Assembly (NCBI GenBank): GCA_050298595.1
Contig: JBNKUM010000085.1
Span: forward strand, 226,035-290,034
Direction of reading: 5' to 3'
DNA: 64,000 nucleotides
Origin: Gammaproteobacteria bacterium
GTDB taxonomy: Bacteria; Pseudomonadota; Gammaproteobacteria; GCA-001735895
In this document: piece by piece, positions 28,390-37,928 of the stretch
How the letters are laid out: each line of letters opens with the position of its first letter
Numbering within the stretch: position 1 is the first letter of the stretch
The notes under the pieces: generated by a model
Database searches by the model: none
The model's input: the letters and a program-made list of their open reading frames with translations, nothing else
Told to the model about the DNA's origin: nothing
Position numbers and translations under genes: made by a program

Positions 28390-29331
28390 ATGAAAATTGT
28401 AAATTTTAAAGACCTATCGATGAATAACTTTTCAGAGGTAGAAGTAGATTTTTCTGTATTACAATGGGTTGATATCAACCGACCGGTGGATAAATACATT
28501 CAGCATACTGAAAAATCCTTCCACAGCCGTCATAAAATCGACCTGGGTAATAGCTCTCATCCTCCATCATTTGAACAAACGCAAGATTATGAAATCCTGA
28601 TTTTTCGAAACATTGATAGGCGTTTTGAGGTCATTCATCCCAAAACACGATCAATAGCTTTTCTCATTATCGGCAACACGATTACTTCAGTACATGACGA
28701 GGGGGATAACGTTTTTTCAGGTCTATACGAAAAATGGGTGGATAAATTTATCAAGAAACCCTCTGATGTCGTTTCTTTACTACATATCCTGCTAGATGAA
28801 ATAGGTAACTCCTTTTTAGCTATCAGAGAGCCGTTGGTTAACCAGGTGTCAGAATGGCAAACAAGGTTATTAGACCCTAACGACCCATTTAATGACTGGC
28901 AAGTTATCATGAAAGCCAAATCCAGTTTGAGATCACTGAATACGAACCTGGAATTACAAAGAGAAGCTCTATTACGCTGGCGGGAAAATACTCGCTTTGA
29001 ACTATCTCCTTCCAATAACATCCGATTCAATGACCTGGATAACCATCTGGCACGTATAGAAAGATTAGCCTCGGGCATCAGCTCTGACCTCGATTCCCTG
29101 ACCCAGATTTACTTTGCTTCAACAGGGCAAAGAACCAATAGCACCATGCAAATACTGGCTGTGCTATCAGCTATTTTTTTACCCTTAAATCTCATTGCAG
29201 GAATATTTGGCATGAACTTTGAATTCATCCCGCTGCTGAAAAACCCCTGGGGTGTGGTCATAGCAATAGGCTTGATGCTGGTTATTTCTATCACTCTGCT
29301 GTGGTGGTTCAAGAAGAAAAACTGGTTTTAA
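28390..29331 (+). CDS. CorA-family divalent cation transporter
   Basis: FLPLNLIAGIFGMNF signature and two C-terminal TM helices. Confidence 0.92.
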   Translation: MKIVNFKDLSMNNFSEVEVDFSVLQWVDINRPVDKYIQHTEKSFHSRHKIDLGNSSHPPSFEQTQDYEILIFRNIDRRFEVIHPKTRSIAFLIIGNTITSVHDEGDNVFSGLYEKWVDKFIKKPSDVVSLLHILLDEIGNSFLAIREPLVNQVSEWQTRLLDPNDPFNDWQVIMKAKSSLRSLNTNLELQREALLRWRENTRFELSPSNNIRFNDLDNHLARIERLASGISSDLDSLTQIYFASTGQRTNSTMQILAVLSAIFLPLNLIAGIFGMNFEFIPLLKNPWGVVIAIGLMLVISITLLWWFKKKNWF

Positions 29332-29334
29332 CTC

Positions 29335-30516
29335 TCATGAGAGATTCGTCGCTTCATGCGAAATATAAGGTGTTAAAATCTTTCTGGATATCTGTATCCA
29401 TACTGGACTGGCAAGTAGGCTTAAAGCAATTAATGCAATCGTTGTCTGATAACCAAAGGTATTAATTAAACCAACCTGTAAACCCACCGTAGCCAGTATA
29501 AAACTGAACTCTCCAACCTGAGAAAGCAAGGCACCGGAGTACAGGCTTACTGCCCATTTATTACCCAGAATTTTTAATATAATGGCATTGATAAACGTAT
29601 TCGTCACTAACACCCCCAGCAACAGACTTGCCAATAGAGCCCAGTTTTCGCCGATAAATGTTATATCAATAATCATACCCATGGATACAAATAGCACAGC
29701 CACAAAAATAACCTTTAAAGGTTCCAGAGCATGCGTTACCCAGTCTGTCTCCTTAGCCGACGCAACAACCAACCCTGCGACAAACGCACCTAATGCAGCA
29801 GACAAGCCCAGCACACCAGTGATAAAGGCAAAGCCAAAGCAGATCAACAGTGCAGAAAACAGCTGCAACTCATGATCCTTCTTAATTATTTTTGCAAAAG
29901 GAAGCTTGAGGTGTTTACGCGACGCTACCCAGATAGCGAAGACCGTAATGACCATACCACCGACCAGTTGTTTATAAATTAACGCCTGCTCTGGTGACTC
30001 TCCGGATAACATGGAAATGATGATCAGCATGGGCACTACCGCTAAATCCTGCGCTAAAAGAATCAGCAATACATTCTGACCCGCTGCAGTTTTCAGTTCA
30101 TCGCTATCTTTGAGTAGCTTAAGCACAACAGCTGTGCTTGACAGGCTAATAACAAAACCCAAAAGCACTATCCTTGACAGACTCCAGTCCAGTAACACAC
30201 CGATTAGCCAGGTCGTTGCAACGCTCACAGCAATTTGAAAAAAGGTGCCAAAGGTAGCAATTCGCCAACCTCTTGCCAGTTGGTACGGAGAAACTTCCAT
30301 ACCAATAAAGAACAATAAAAGCGTCACACCTATGGCTCCCAGATGTTCAATCAAGGTCACATCACTGACTATACCCATACCCTCTGGTCCTATGACGATA
30401 CCGGTTATGATGTAACCGACTAGCTGAGGTTGTCTAAAAAACTGCAACAGCATGCCAATAGCTAGCACTACTGCGACGACACCAACGATCAACGGTAATA
30501 AAGGATCCAGATGCAT
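29335..30516 (-). CDS. CPA2 cation:proton antiporter
   Basis: LLFFIGME, SLSSTAVV, QDL and SQVGEF motifs. Confidence 0.9.
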   Translation of the reverse strand: MHLDPLLPLIVGVVAVVLAIGMLLQFFRQPQLVGYIITGIVIGPEGMGIVSDVTLIEHLGAIGVTLLLFFIGMEVSPYQLARGWRIATFGTFFQIAVSVATTWLIGVLLDWSLSRIVLLGFVISLSSTAVVLKLLKDSDELKTAAGQNVLLILLAQDLAVVPMLIIISMLSGESPEQALIYKQLVGGMVITVFAIWVASRKHLKLPFAKIIKKDHELQLFSALLICFGFAFITGVLGLSAALGAFVAGLVVASAKETDWVTHALEPLKVIFVAVLFVSMGMIIDITFIGENWALLASLLLGVLVTNTFINAIILKILGNKWAVSLYSGALLSQVGEFSFILATVGLQVGLINTFGYQTTIALIALSLLASPVWIQISRKILTPYISHEATNLS

Positions 30517-30525
30517 GACTTTTTG

Positions 30526-31122
30526 TTATTCAGCTTTTGGATGAATGTTAAAATTCGGATTAAATTCCTGGATTTTTCCAACTCCAGAATAATGGATTTT
30601 CGGGTTTATCATCGTCGGCCTCGCGATCAATAAATTATTTGGATAAATAATATATTCCCGATTATCACTAATCAGTCGGGTGTTAAATAAATTGATATCA
30701 GATATCACACCTTCGACATAATTATCCGCTTCCAGAATACGAATAAATGTGCCTCTTTTATAGGATTGATGAGAGAGCAGGATGAAAAATGCAGTAATGT
30801 TACTAAGTATCGACCAACTGGCGAATAGTGCCACACCAGTTAATGCAATAATGCCTGAGGATGCTGCCAGCAGCCATTGAAAGTCAAACCCCCAGATAAA
30901 TAATATAAGCACCAATACTACTACACCATTCAACAGTCTGAAAACAGCAACAGACTGTTTAAGCACTTTATTTTTGAGTGATCCCTGCTCGACCATGGCT
31001 TCAAGCCTGGGTATTGCCATTCTCTGCAAAACAACATAAAGCAGCAGAATAAATAAACTCAACACAACATTAACCTTGTACAGAGACAGCCAGTACAGTA
31101 TTTGTTCAAGAAACGGTTGCAC
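30526..31122 (-). CDS. MscS-family small mechanosensitive channel
   Basis: Three TM helices, GVALFASWSILSN and YPNN motifs. Confidence 0.85.
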   Translation of the reverse strand: MQPFLEQILYWLSLYKVNVVLSLFILLLYVVLQRMAIPRLEAMVEQGSLKNKVLKQSVAVFRLLNGVVVLVLILFIWGFDFQWLLAASSGIIALTGVALFASWSILSNITAFFILLSHQSYKRGTFIRILEADNYVEGVISDINLFNTRLISDNREYIIYPNNLLIARPTMINPKIHYSGVGKIQEFNPNFNIHPKAE

Positions 31123-31240
31123 AATTAATTCCTCATAAAGACTTTGTAAGACCCTATAATGAAACCATGAAAAATAGAGAAGTATATAACTGCAATATCA
31201 GGAGCAGCTCAATAAACACTCACATTAACCTGTTGTCCAT

Positions 31241-31270
31241 AAAAAAGCCCGGAATGATCCAGGCTTTTTT
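31241..31270. terminator. Bidirectional rho-independent terminator ending the sulfur operon
   Basis: aaaaaagcccgga-atga-tccaggctttttt. Confidence 0.8.
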
Positions 31271-31305
31271 ACTGCATTTGATTAAATCAGTTAATAGAAT
31301 ATATC

Positions 31306-32283
31306 TTAATTCAACTTCGCAGGGTTGCTAGTTTCTCCGCCCAGCAGGCTGTATTCAACCAGTGAACCGTCATACAGACTTACATGCTTATTACCTATCA
31401 ATTCATGAGCCACAAACCAGACACCGGATGCCTGATGACCTGTATTACAGTAAGCAATGGTGCGGCCTTCAGGATTTAAGCCTTTAGCTTTCATAATCGA
31501 TTTATAGCTTGCAACGGGTAGAAAACGAGCTGAAGCACCATCTGCTCTGGTAATCAAATCTGGTGACAGATCTTTCGCACCCTCAAGATGTCCAGACAAT
31601 TCACCTTTCTTGGTGAATACGCCCATGTACTGATTCTGAGGACGCGCATCAGCAAACTGTACGTTCTTTCTTTTCAATCCATTTTTAACGTCTTCATAGG
31701 TGGCAAGAATACTTTTAATTTCCGTAGTTGCTACCCAGTTACCAGCTTTAACGGCTGGGGCATCTGTAGCCGCCGGCAAACCTGCTGCCAGCCATGCAGC
31801 CATACCGCCATCCAGAATCGCCATATTCTTTTGACCGTAATATTTAAACTGCCAGTACAGGCGAGCTGCTTCATTAACATCACCAGTACTCAAACCCGCT
31901 GGTACCAGAACAATAGTATCCCCCTTGTTAACACCCCAGGACTGAGCTAGCTTTTCAAAATCAGCTTTTAAAGGGATTAATTTTTTGACCTTTTTGCCTT
32001 CGACGGTACGATTAACACGAACCTTGCCGAAGTCAACCAGCCTGGCTCCAGGTACATGACCTGCAACAGTCTTGACCACAGTTTTCCCCTTTTCTGTTTT
32101 GACAACAGGGGCCTGGGTAAAAGTGGCAACCTTACCTGTTACCTGCAGAATAGTAACCTGATCCTTATGGGCATTTAGCCAGGTGGTATCAACCAGTGGT
32201 GAAACTGCTGATGAGGCCGAAGCGCTCTGTAATAACGCAGCTCCCAACAGCAAAACTGCAGGGATAGATTTTGTAAATTTCAT
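31306..32283 (-). CDS. Periplasmic tandem-domain sulfurtransferase (rhodanese/SseA-type)
   Basis: Signal peptide; GHVPGA, ILDGG, DARP, YCNTGH and LYDGS motifs. Confidence 0.9.
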   Translation of the reverse strand: MKFTKSIPAVLLLGAALLQSASASSAVSPLVDTTWLNAHKDQVTILQVTGKVATFTQAPVVKTEKGKTVVKTVAGHVPGARLVDFGKVRVNRTVEGKKVKKLIPLKADFEKLAQSWGVNKGDTIVLVPAGLSTGDVNEAARLYWQFKYYGQKNMAILDGGMAAWLAAGLPAATDAPAVKAGNWVATTEIKSILATYEDVKNGLKRKNVQFADARPQNQYMGVFTKKGELSGHLEGAKDLSPDLITRADGASARFLPVASYKSIMKAKGLNPEGRTIAYCNTGHQASGVWFVAHELIGNKHVSLYDGSLVEYSLLGGETSNPAKLN

Positions 32284-32333
32284 TCTTTACTCCTTAATAT
32301 ATTTTTGTTTAAAGATTATGTAACAACTAGAAA

Positions 32334-33062
32334 TCAACACGAAACTGCCGCCCCCTGCAGATCTGGATTCATCCGGATATGGGCTTCAGATTGCACTGAT
32401 TCAAGTATTTCTGACCAATCGAACGGCAACTCACTCAGGACATGGGTATCCCGGTCATCCAGAATGCCTGTTGACGACTGCCCTTGCTGCGTCCAGCCAA
32501 TTACCTGATCACGTCGCAGTAATAATTCTTCGATAAAAGGCCGCAGTAATGTCAGTAGTGCATCCAGCCATTGCAACACCTGCCAGGAAGGCCGTGCCCG
32601 ATTAATCTGCCAAAACCCATCATCCAGCAGCCGTAATACTTCTTCAGACGGTAACATTTGTTCATCAGTCACCCAGCCATTCGTTGCAAACAGGGCAACG
32701 GGTATTCCATAAGCTGACATTGATACTGCTGCCACATGGGTAAAAGCCTGCTCAGGAGCTGACCTTACAAACAAATGAAAATGCCCGTGTTCCTCCCGAC
32801 CCCATTCATCTGGGTCGTGAGCATGATAGTAAACCATGGCTCCGGTTTCAGGGTCACAACAATCATCATCGGGATAATGCGCCCAGGCCTGTATGGGTTT
32901 ATCCGCTTTATCGCGCAGCCATTCACTCACGATAGAAAGCTTATCATTTGCCAATGACTGATGAATCAAAGCAACAGACTCCGCAGCTGCAGCAACCTCA
33001 TCAAATGAACACTCATCGAGAGTCGTCAACCAGTAAGAGTAATCGGTGGAAACCTGATTCAC
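32334..33062 (-). CDS. DUF6969-like His-rich protein
   Basis: HYPDDD, YYHAH, EHGHFHLF and FATNGWVT motifs; no signal peptide. Confidence 0.7.
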   Translation of the reverse strand: MNQVSTDYSYWLTTLDECSFDEVAAAAESVALIHQSLANDKLSIVSEWLRDKADKPIQAWAHYPDDDCCDPETGAMVYYHAHDPDEWGREEHGHFHLFVRSAPEQAFTHVAAVSMSAYGIPVALFATNGWVTDEQMLPSEEVLRLLDDGFWQINRARPSWQVLQWLDALLTLLRPFIEELLLRRDQVIGWTQQGQSSTGILDDRDTHVLSELPFDWSEILESVQSEAHIRMNPDLQGAAVSC

Positions 33063-33080
33063 AGTGCGAATAATAATTGC

Positions 33081-33410
33081 TCAGCGTCGAACCGGTGCAC
33101 AGGGATTTTCGCCACGCTGTGCTGGAGCACAGGGGTTTTCACCGCGTGCCACTGGAGCACAGGGGTTTTCGCCGCGTGCCACTGGAGCGCATGGATTTTC
33201 TCCGCGTACCAACGGAGCACAGGGGTTTTCACCTCGCGCAGTGGGGGCACAGGGGTTTTCACCGCGTGCCATGGCCACCGGAATAAGCAGAGATGCGGCC
33301 GGTTCTGGCAACGGTGCCACACCCAGCATACCCATAGCCAGTGTTGGAATAGACAACGCGAGTAAATATTTACGTTTATTGCCAGAACGAGAAGATGATG
33401 TTTGTTTCAT
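33081..33410 (-). CDS. Secreted Cys-repeat peptide (6 x RGENPCAP)
   Basis: Basic N-terminus, hydrophobic stretch and AMA site followed by six 10-aa repeats; co-oriented in the operon. ATG 33410 has GGAG upstream; alternative start 33446. Confidence 0.85.
   Translation of the reverse strand: MKQTSSSRSGNKRKYLLALSIPTLAMGMLGVAPLPEPAASLLIPVAMARGENPCAPTARGENPCAPLVRGENPCAPVARGENPCAPVARGENPCAPAQRGENPCAPVRR
33091..33270. repeat. Six 30-bp coding tandem repeats
   Basis: Units such as actggagcacaggggttttcgccgcgtgcc. Variation within the RGENPCAP core is synonymous on the minus strand. Confidence 0.95.
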
Positions 33411-33460
33411 GATATTAAAAGTGACTCCATAATTGCATGCCGGCATAGCCGACGATAAAG

Positions 33461-34060
33461 CTAAATCCCAGCGTTTGTTTGTTCGTTAATATCGTCCTGA
33501 TTAAGATAACTTAAACGCTTTTCGAAGCGGCTACCCATCACAAATCCCGCAACCGCCAGCACCGTCAACGCTAACAAAACGGCCCACGGTGAAACACCGA
33601 GTAATTGAGGCAGGGTTTTTTCTGTCAACTTTCCAGCATTCAAAATATCCTGCATCCATTGCGCATCAAAATTTAGCGAAAAAACCCAGATACCGATCAC
33701 CATCCCGACTGCAAAAACAACCCCATCCATGCGTCCAGTCATAGCACCAACCACGGATGTACCGGGGCAGTAACCGCCCACTGCAAATCCAGCACCGACG
33801 AATGCGCCACCAAGCGCGGTAGCCGCGAGCATGGCAGGTGAAACATAAAAGCCATTCGAACCAAAGGTATTGTTTAACTGTAATAACTGTATGCCTAAAG
33901 ATGCCACCAGAATAGCGGTGAACATAACCTTGAAAACAGACCAGTCGCTGAAGCGAAATTGCGCGGTTAATTTACAGGGCGAACCAAAACCAGCCTGCTC
34001 AAGCACAAAACCAAATAACAACCCTGAAGCCAGTGCTGTTCCTGCAGTACCATAATCCAT
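33461..34060 (-). CDS. YeeE/YedE sulfur-compound transporter subunit
   Basis: GLLFGFVL, SPCK and GYCPGT motifs; hydrophobic. Confidence 0.88.
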   Translation of the reverse strand: MDYGTAGTALASGLLFGFVLEQAGFGSPCKLTAQFRFSDWSVFKVMFTAILVASLGIQLLQLNNTFGSNGFYVSPAMLAATALGGAFVGAGFAVGGYCPGTSVVGAMTGRMDGVVFAVGMVIGIWVFSLNFDAQWMQDILNAGKLTEKTLPQLLGVSPWAVLLALTVLAVAGFVMGSRFEKRLSYLNQDDINEQTNAGI

Positions 34061-34584
34061 TACCAGGCCCTCTTCATTAATACGCTAACCCCTAGACCAA
34101 CTAGAAAGAAGGTCAGTAAAAAAACAAATCCGCTAATGCCCAGCATCGCAGCTCCTGATAAACCAATACCGCTGGTACAGCCTGACGCTATGCGCGATCC
34201 TATACCTGCAAGAATGCCACCAAACAGCGCAAGCAGGAGACGGGGGGAGCGCCCAATTTTATGAGCACCTTCAAGCATGAGTTTAAATCTTCCCGAAGCA
34301 ACTGCGGCAAGTAAAGCGCCAATGGCGATACCCAAAACCTCGAAAACGATCCAGGATAATAGAGGGTTAGCTCCTTTTTTTAGCATAGGGCCAAGATATG
34401 CGTTTGCTTCTGTGACTTGAGGTGCAATTTCATCACCCAGTACAGCAGCAAAACGAGCAAACATACCTGACGCGCCAACACCATTCCCAACCAGAACAAA
34501 GGTCAGAATCAATACCAGACCCAGTACCACACCAGCAATATATGGCGGCCATAATGGCCGTTCAGAATCACCCATAAGTTTCAC
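34060..34584 (-). CDS. YeeE/YedE sulfur-compound transporter subunit
   Basis: WPPYIAG, GASG and GSRIASGCTSG motifs; TAATG overlap with its partner. Confidence 0.88.
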   Translation of the reverse strand: MKLMGDSERPLWPPYIAGVVLGLVLILTFVLVGNGVGASGMFARFAAVLGDEIAPQVTEANAYLGPMLKKGANPLLSWIVFEVLGIAIGALLAAVASGRFKLMLEGAHKIGRSPRLLLALFGGILAGIGSRIASGCTSGIGLSGAAMLGISGFVFLLTFFLVGLGVSVLMKRAW

Positions 34585-35070
34585 CCCATTTAAAAAACGT
34601 ATAAGTTCTTAATACCAAATCTCAGAAACTGCTACAGCCCATGCTAACCGGACAGGAAGTAGCAGTAGATATTATGGATAAGTCTTCAATATGACATTTA
34701 ACGGTGCAAGAGAATAGCACCAAGAATCAAGCTTAGAAAGTAAAAAGGGCCATTAAAGCCTCATCAGTTTTTTATATACATGCTCTATGTCAAGTTGATG
34801 AAATATTCACAGTTTTCGTGCATCAAAAAAGATTATAGGCAGATAAATTATTATTTGATTCTTTTAGAAAAATTTGTTTCATTTTAAAACTTATGGACGA
34901 GAATTTTATTAGTCAAAGTTACTTAGGTCCGTATTGAATTGAACCAGAGCTAAAAACACCGTAAAACATCTGCTTTTTTAGAAAGAAGGACTCCCTCCCC
35001 TTTGCGTAGAAAAAATACCACTGATTAATATACAGAAGAGTTCTAAAAGCAGGATAGTCAATGCTTTTTC

Positions 35071-37905
35071 TTATGCTAACACCTCGCCGCCTACACAAGT
35101 CTCAAAAGGCACTGGTTTACCGATAAAATACCCTTGACCATGAGTTACACCAAGCTCATTGATCATGCCTAACGTCTGCTGGTCACCCACAAATTCTGCA
35201 ATAACTTCCATACCAAACGCACTAATCATAGCCGACAGGCTTTTGACAAAAATTTGATCGTCGGGGTTACTAGTCAGATTTTTGATATAAGACCCGTCCA
35301 GTTTCACATAACTTAGTGGTAACTTTTTAAGGTAGGTAAACGAAGAAAAGCCAACCCCAAAATCATCAATTGCAACTCTGACTCCATTATTGGTTATCTG
35401 ATTCAGATTTTTTAACACTTGCTGAAAGTTTTCAATATACGCAGTTTCCGTCAACTCGATGATTAGCCGATTGCTATCTATTTTGTATTTATCAAGAGCC
35501 CCAAACACTAGCTCTGGAAAATTATCTGCCTGCATAGTAGGAGCAGATATATTGATAGCAATAGTTAGATCTTCACCCTTTGATAATCTATCATGTAATT
35601 TAGCTAAGGTATGTTCCAGCACCCATACATCGATATTACGAATTTCCCCAGTCTTTTCGGCCAAAGGAATAAAGATAGCAGGCGAAATATTAGTTCCACT
35701 TTCATCCTTTAGTCGAATCAACACCTCATGGTGCGATATCTGGTTTTTCTGGATATCTATTATCGGCTGATATACCAGCTTGAACGAACTGGTTTCGAGC
35801 GCATGTTTAATTGCCAGACTCAGGTTATGATCCTGTTTGATTTGGCATACTCGTTCATCACTAGAATCAAAAATATGCCACTGCCCTGCTCCTTTCTTTT
35901 TGGCATGATACATTGCCAGATCTGCATTGACGATCAGGCTTTGAGGATCATTCCCCTGTTCAGGAAAAAGAGAAGCGCCGATGCTGACGGTATATTGAAC
36001 ACGACGTCCTCCTCCAAGCTGAATACTACTGCTTAACTCTGTAGATAGTTTCTTCAATACTGCGCTCAAATCATCATGTTTGATATTCACCATTAGAATA
36101 GTAAATTCATCCCCAGCGAAACGACTTATCGTATCGGATGCACGAGTTAATTTACGCAGCTTACTGGCAATATCGACAAGCACCTGATCGCCTGCATTAT
36201 GACCATAAATATCATTGATTTGCTTAAACCGATTAACATCGATAAAAACTAAAGCTCCTCTGACACCACTTTCCAGCATTTGCGTAATCGTGGTATTAAA
36301 TGATCTTCGATTGCCAATACTGGTTAGACCATCGTTATTCGCCATCCAGCGCAGTTCATTTTCGGCCGCTTTCTGGTTCGTCTGATCAATTCCAATTGAA
36401 AGTATAATGGGACTCCCCAGCTCATCTTCTACTAAAGCGTGTGTCCAGGTAATAATTAAATTTTTATTATTTTTATCTACCAGATTATTCTCATGCTGAA
36501 ACACATCAGTTTTGTTGTGAATCAGCTTCTCAACCATTATTCTGAACTCTTCTATCTCGTGATCATGATAGATCAGGTCGGCAAAATTTAATGGGGGTTC
36601 ATCATGCAGGGTATCGAATTTTTTATTGGTGGAATAAATATTGAAGTCAAAATCTTGTGTAATAATAAAAATTTGCGAGTTATCAAATAGACGAGTCAGG
36701 AAAGACCTGGAGCGTGTTAAGGCAGCAACCTGTTCCTCCAGTGATTCATTTTTAAGGTGTACCTCCCTATGTAGTTTATCGAGTTCCCTGGCAACATACA
36801 CCGTACTGTGTTCTAGCGTACTTAGCTCATCCATGAAAAGACATTTCCTGCCAGACATTTTTTTTACTGCCTGGGAGAAGTTTTGCTGGGGTAACAGGTG
36901 CAAAGCCTCGGTGATTTTACTCAGTTTATTCATCGGTGTGTGTATTAGCAACAACATGATGAGTTCAGCTGACAGCAAACCCAGGCTGACTGTAGAGAAA
37001 ACGCGCCTGATATTGCTATTTAACGACTCATAAGCTGATGACCTGTCATCAACAGAAACGAACATAGTACGCTCACCCAAAATACTAACATCAGATAATT
37101 GCAGCCTGGAGATCAGATATTGCCTGCTGTCATTGATAAATAGTTCTTTCTGCGTGCTGCCATCTAATGTATTTCTATCCGAATATTTTTTAACAATGGG
37201 GAATATTCGATCAAAGTCAGTCACCGCCCAGGCATAAACCTTCCATTCAGGCAGATAACGCTCCGGATGCGGATTTCCAACGATTTCTTCAGCACCAAGC
37301 AGAATGCCGACAGCTGAATGTGAGAAGTTATAAAAGGCTCTGACTATATCAGCCATATTTTGCGCCAGTACAATCGTACCCGACTCCCCCTGTTCACTAA
37401 AAAATGGCTGAAGAACGATCATCAAACAGGATTGCTTACAGTAAATCAGGTTTGCAGGTTCATCCGATAATGAATTTTTATCAAGAACTCCCAAAATGGC
37501 ATGCTGCAGGTCAGCATTAAAAACCAGATCGGGTGTATTTACTGCTCCCAAAACCTGCTGCTCACTGTCATAGATTGCAAGATAATCTAGCCCAAGGTTG
37601 ATATGGTAAGAAAACCAGTCCTCCTCCAATGATCTCTTCAGGCTACCTGTATTACTGGTCAAACCATCTAGACTCTGCTGGACTATAGGCTTATCAGATA
37701 TCAATTCAGCAAACTGAGATAGCCTTAAGAAGCTTTCATTGACCAACTCATTTAATAAAACAGTTTGATTCGTATGCGACCGTTCGAGTCCAATATTAAA
37801 TTCTTTATGCTGTTCATCTATGAACTGCCAGATCCAGATAGCGGATATGCCTATAAGCACAAGACTTAGGAATACGACGGCTTTCCATTTAAGGCTAATA
37901 TACAT
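35071..37905 (-). CDS. Membrane sensor with PAS, GGDEF and EAL domains
   Basis: Two TM segments; RFAGDEF; EVL, ELTE, DDFGVG and KLDG motifs. Confidence 0.9.
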   Translation of the reverse strand: MYISLKWKAVVFLSLVLIGISAIWIWQFIDEQHKEFNIGLERSHTNQTVLLNELVNESFLRLSQFAELISDKPIVQQSLDGLTSNTGSLKRSLEEDWFSYHINLGLDYLAIYDSEQQVLGAVNTPDLVFNADLQHAILGVLDKNSLSDEPANLIYCKQSCLMIVLQPFFSEQGESGTIVLAQNMADIVRAFYNFSHSAVGILLGAEEIVGNPHPERYLPEWKVYAWAVTDFDRIFPIVKKYSDRNTLDGSTQKELFINDSRQYLISRLQLSDVSILGERTMFVSVDDRSSAYESLNSNIRRVFSTVSLGLLSAELIMLLLIHTPMNKLSKITEALHLLPQQNFSQAVKKMSGRKCLFMDELSTLEHSTVYVARELDKLHREVHLKNESLEEQVAALTRSRSFLTRLFDNSQIFIITQDFDFNIYSTNKKFDTLHDEPPLNFADLIYHDHEIEEFRIMVEKLIHNKTDVFQHENNLVDKNNKNLIITWTHALVEDELGSPIILSIGIDQTNQKAAENELRWMANNDGLTSIGNRRSFNTTITQMLESGVRGALVFIDVNRFKQINDIYGHNAGDQVLVDIASKLRKLTRASDTISRFAGDEFTILMVNIKHDDLSAVLKKLSTELSSSIQLGGGRRVQYTVSIGASLFPEQGNDPQSLIVNADLAMYHAKKKGAGQWHIFDSSDERVCQIKQDHNLSLAIKHALETSSFKLVYQPIIDIQKNQISHHEVLIRLKDESGTNISPAIFIPLAEKTGEIRNIDVWVLEHTLAKLHDRLSKGEDLTIAINISAPTMQADNFPELVFGALDKYKIDSNRLIIELTETAYIENFQQVLKNLNQITNNGVRVAIDDFGVGFSSFTYLKKLPLSYVKLDGSYIKNLTSNPDDQIFVKSLSAMISAFGMEVIAEFVGDQQTLGMINELGVTHGQGYFIGKPVPFETCVGGEVLA

Positions 37906-37928
37906 AACTACGATTCACATTTTTATAA

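Noticed and set aside
33091-33270. 30-bp repeats as a CRISPR array
   Set aside because: The units are contiguous with no spacers, vary at codon third positions, and have no cas genes nearby.
33064-33432. Plus-strand ORF with GAQGFSPR repeats, and other alternate-frame repeat ORFs
   Set aside because: These are shadows of the minus-strand gene, which has the signal peptide, the operon orientation and the invariant core.
34782-34792. 11-mer GCTCTATGTCA shared with the nifV promoter (45493-45503)
   Set aside because: It lacks the -12 TTGC here, and a single 11-bp match between intergenic regions is plausible by chance.
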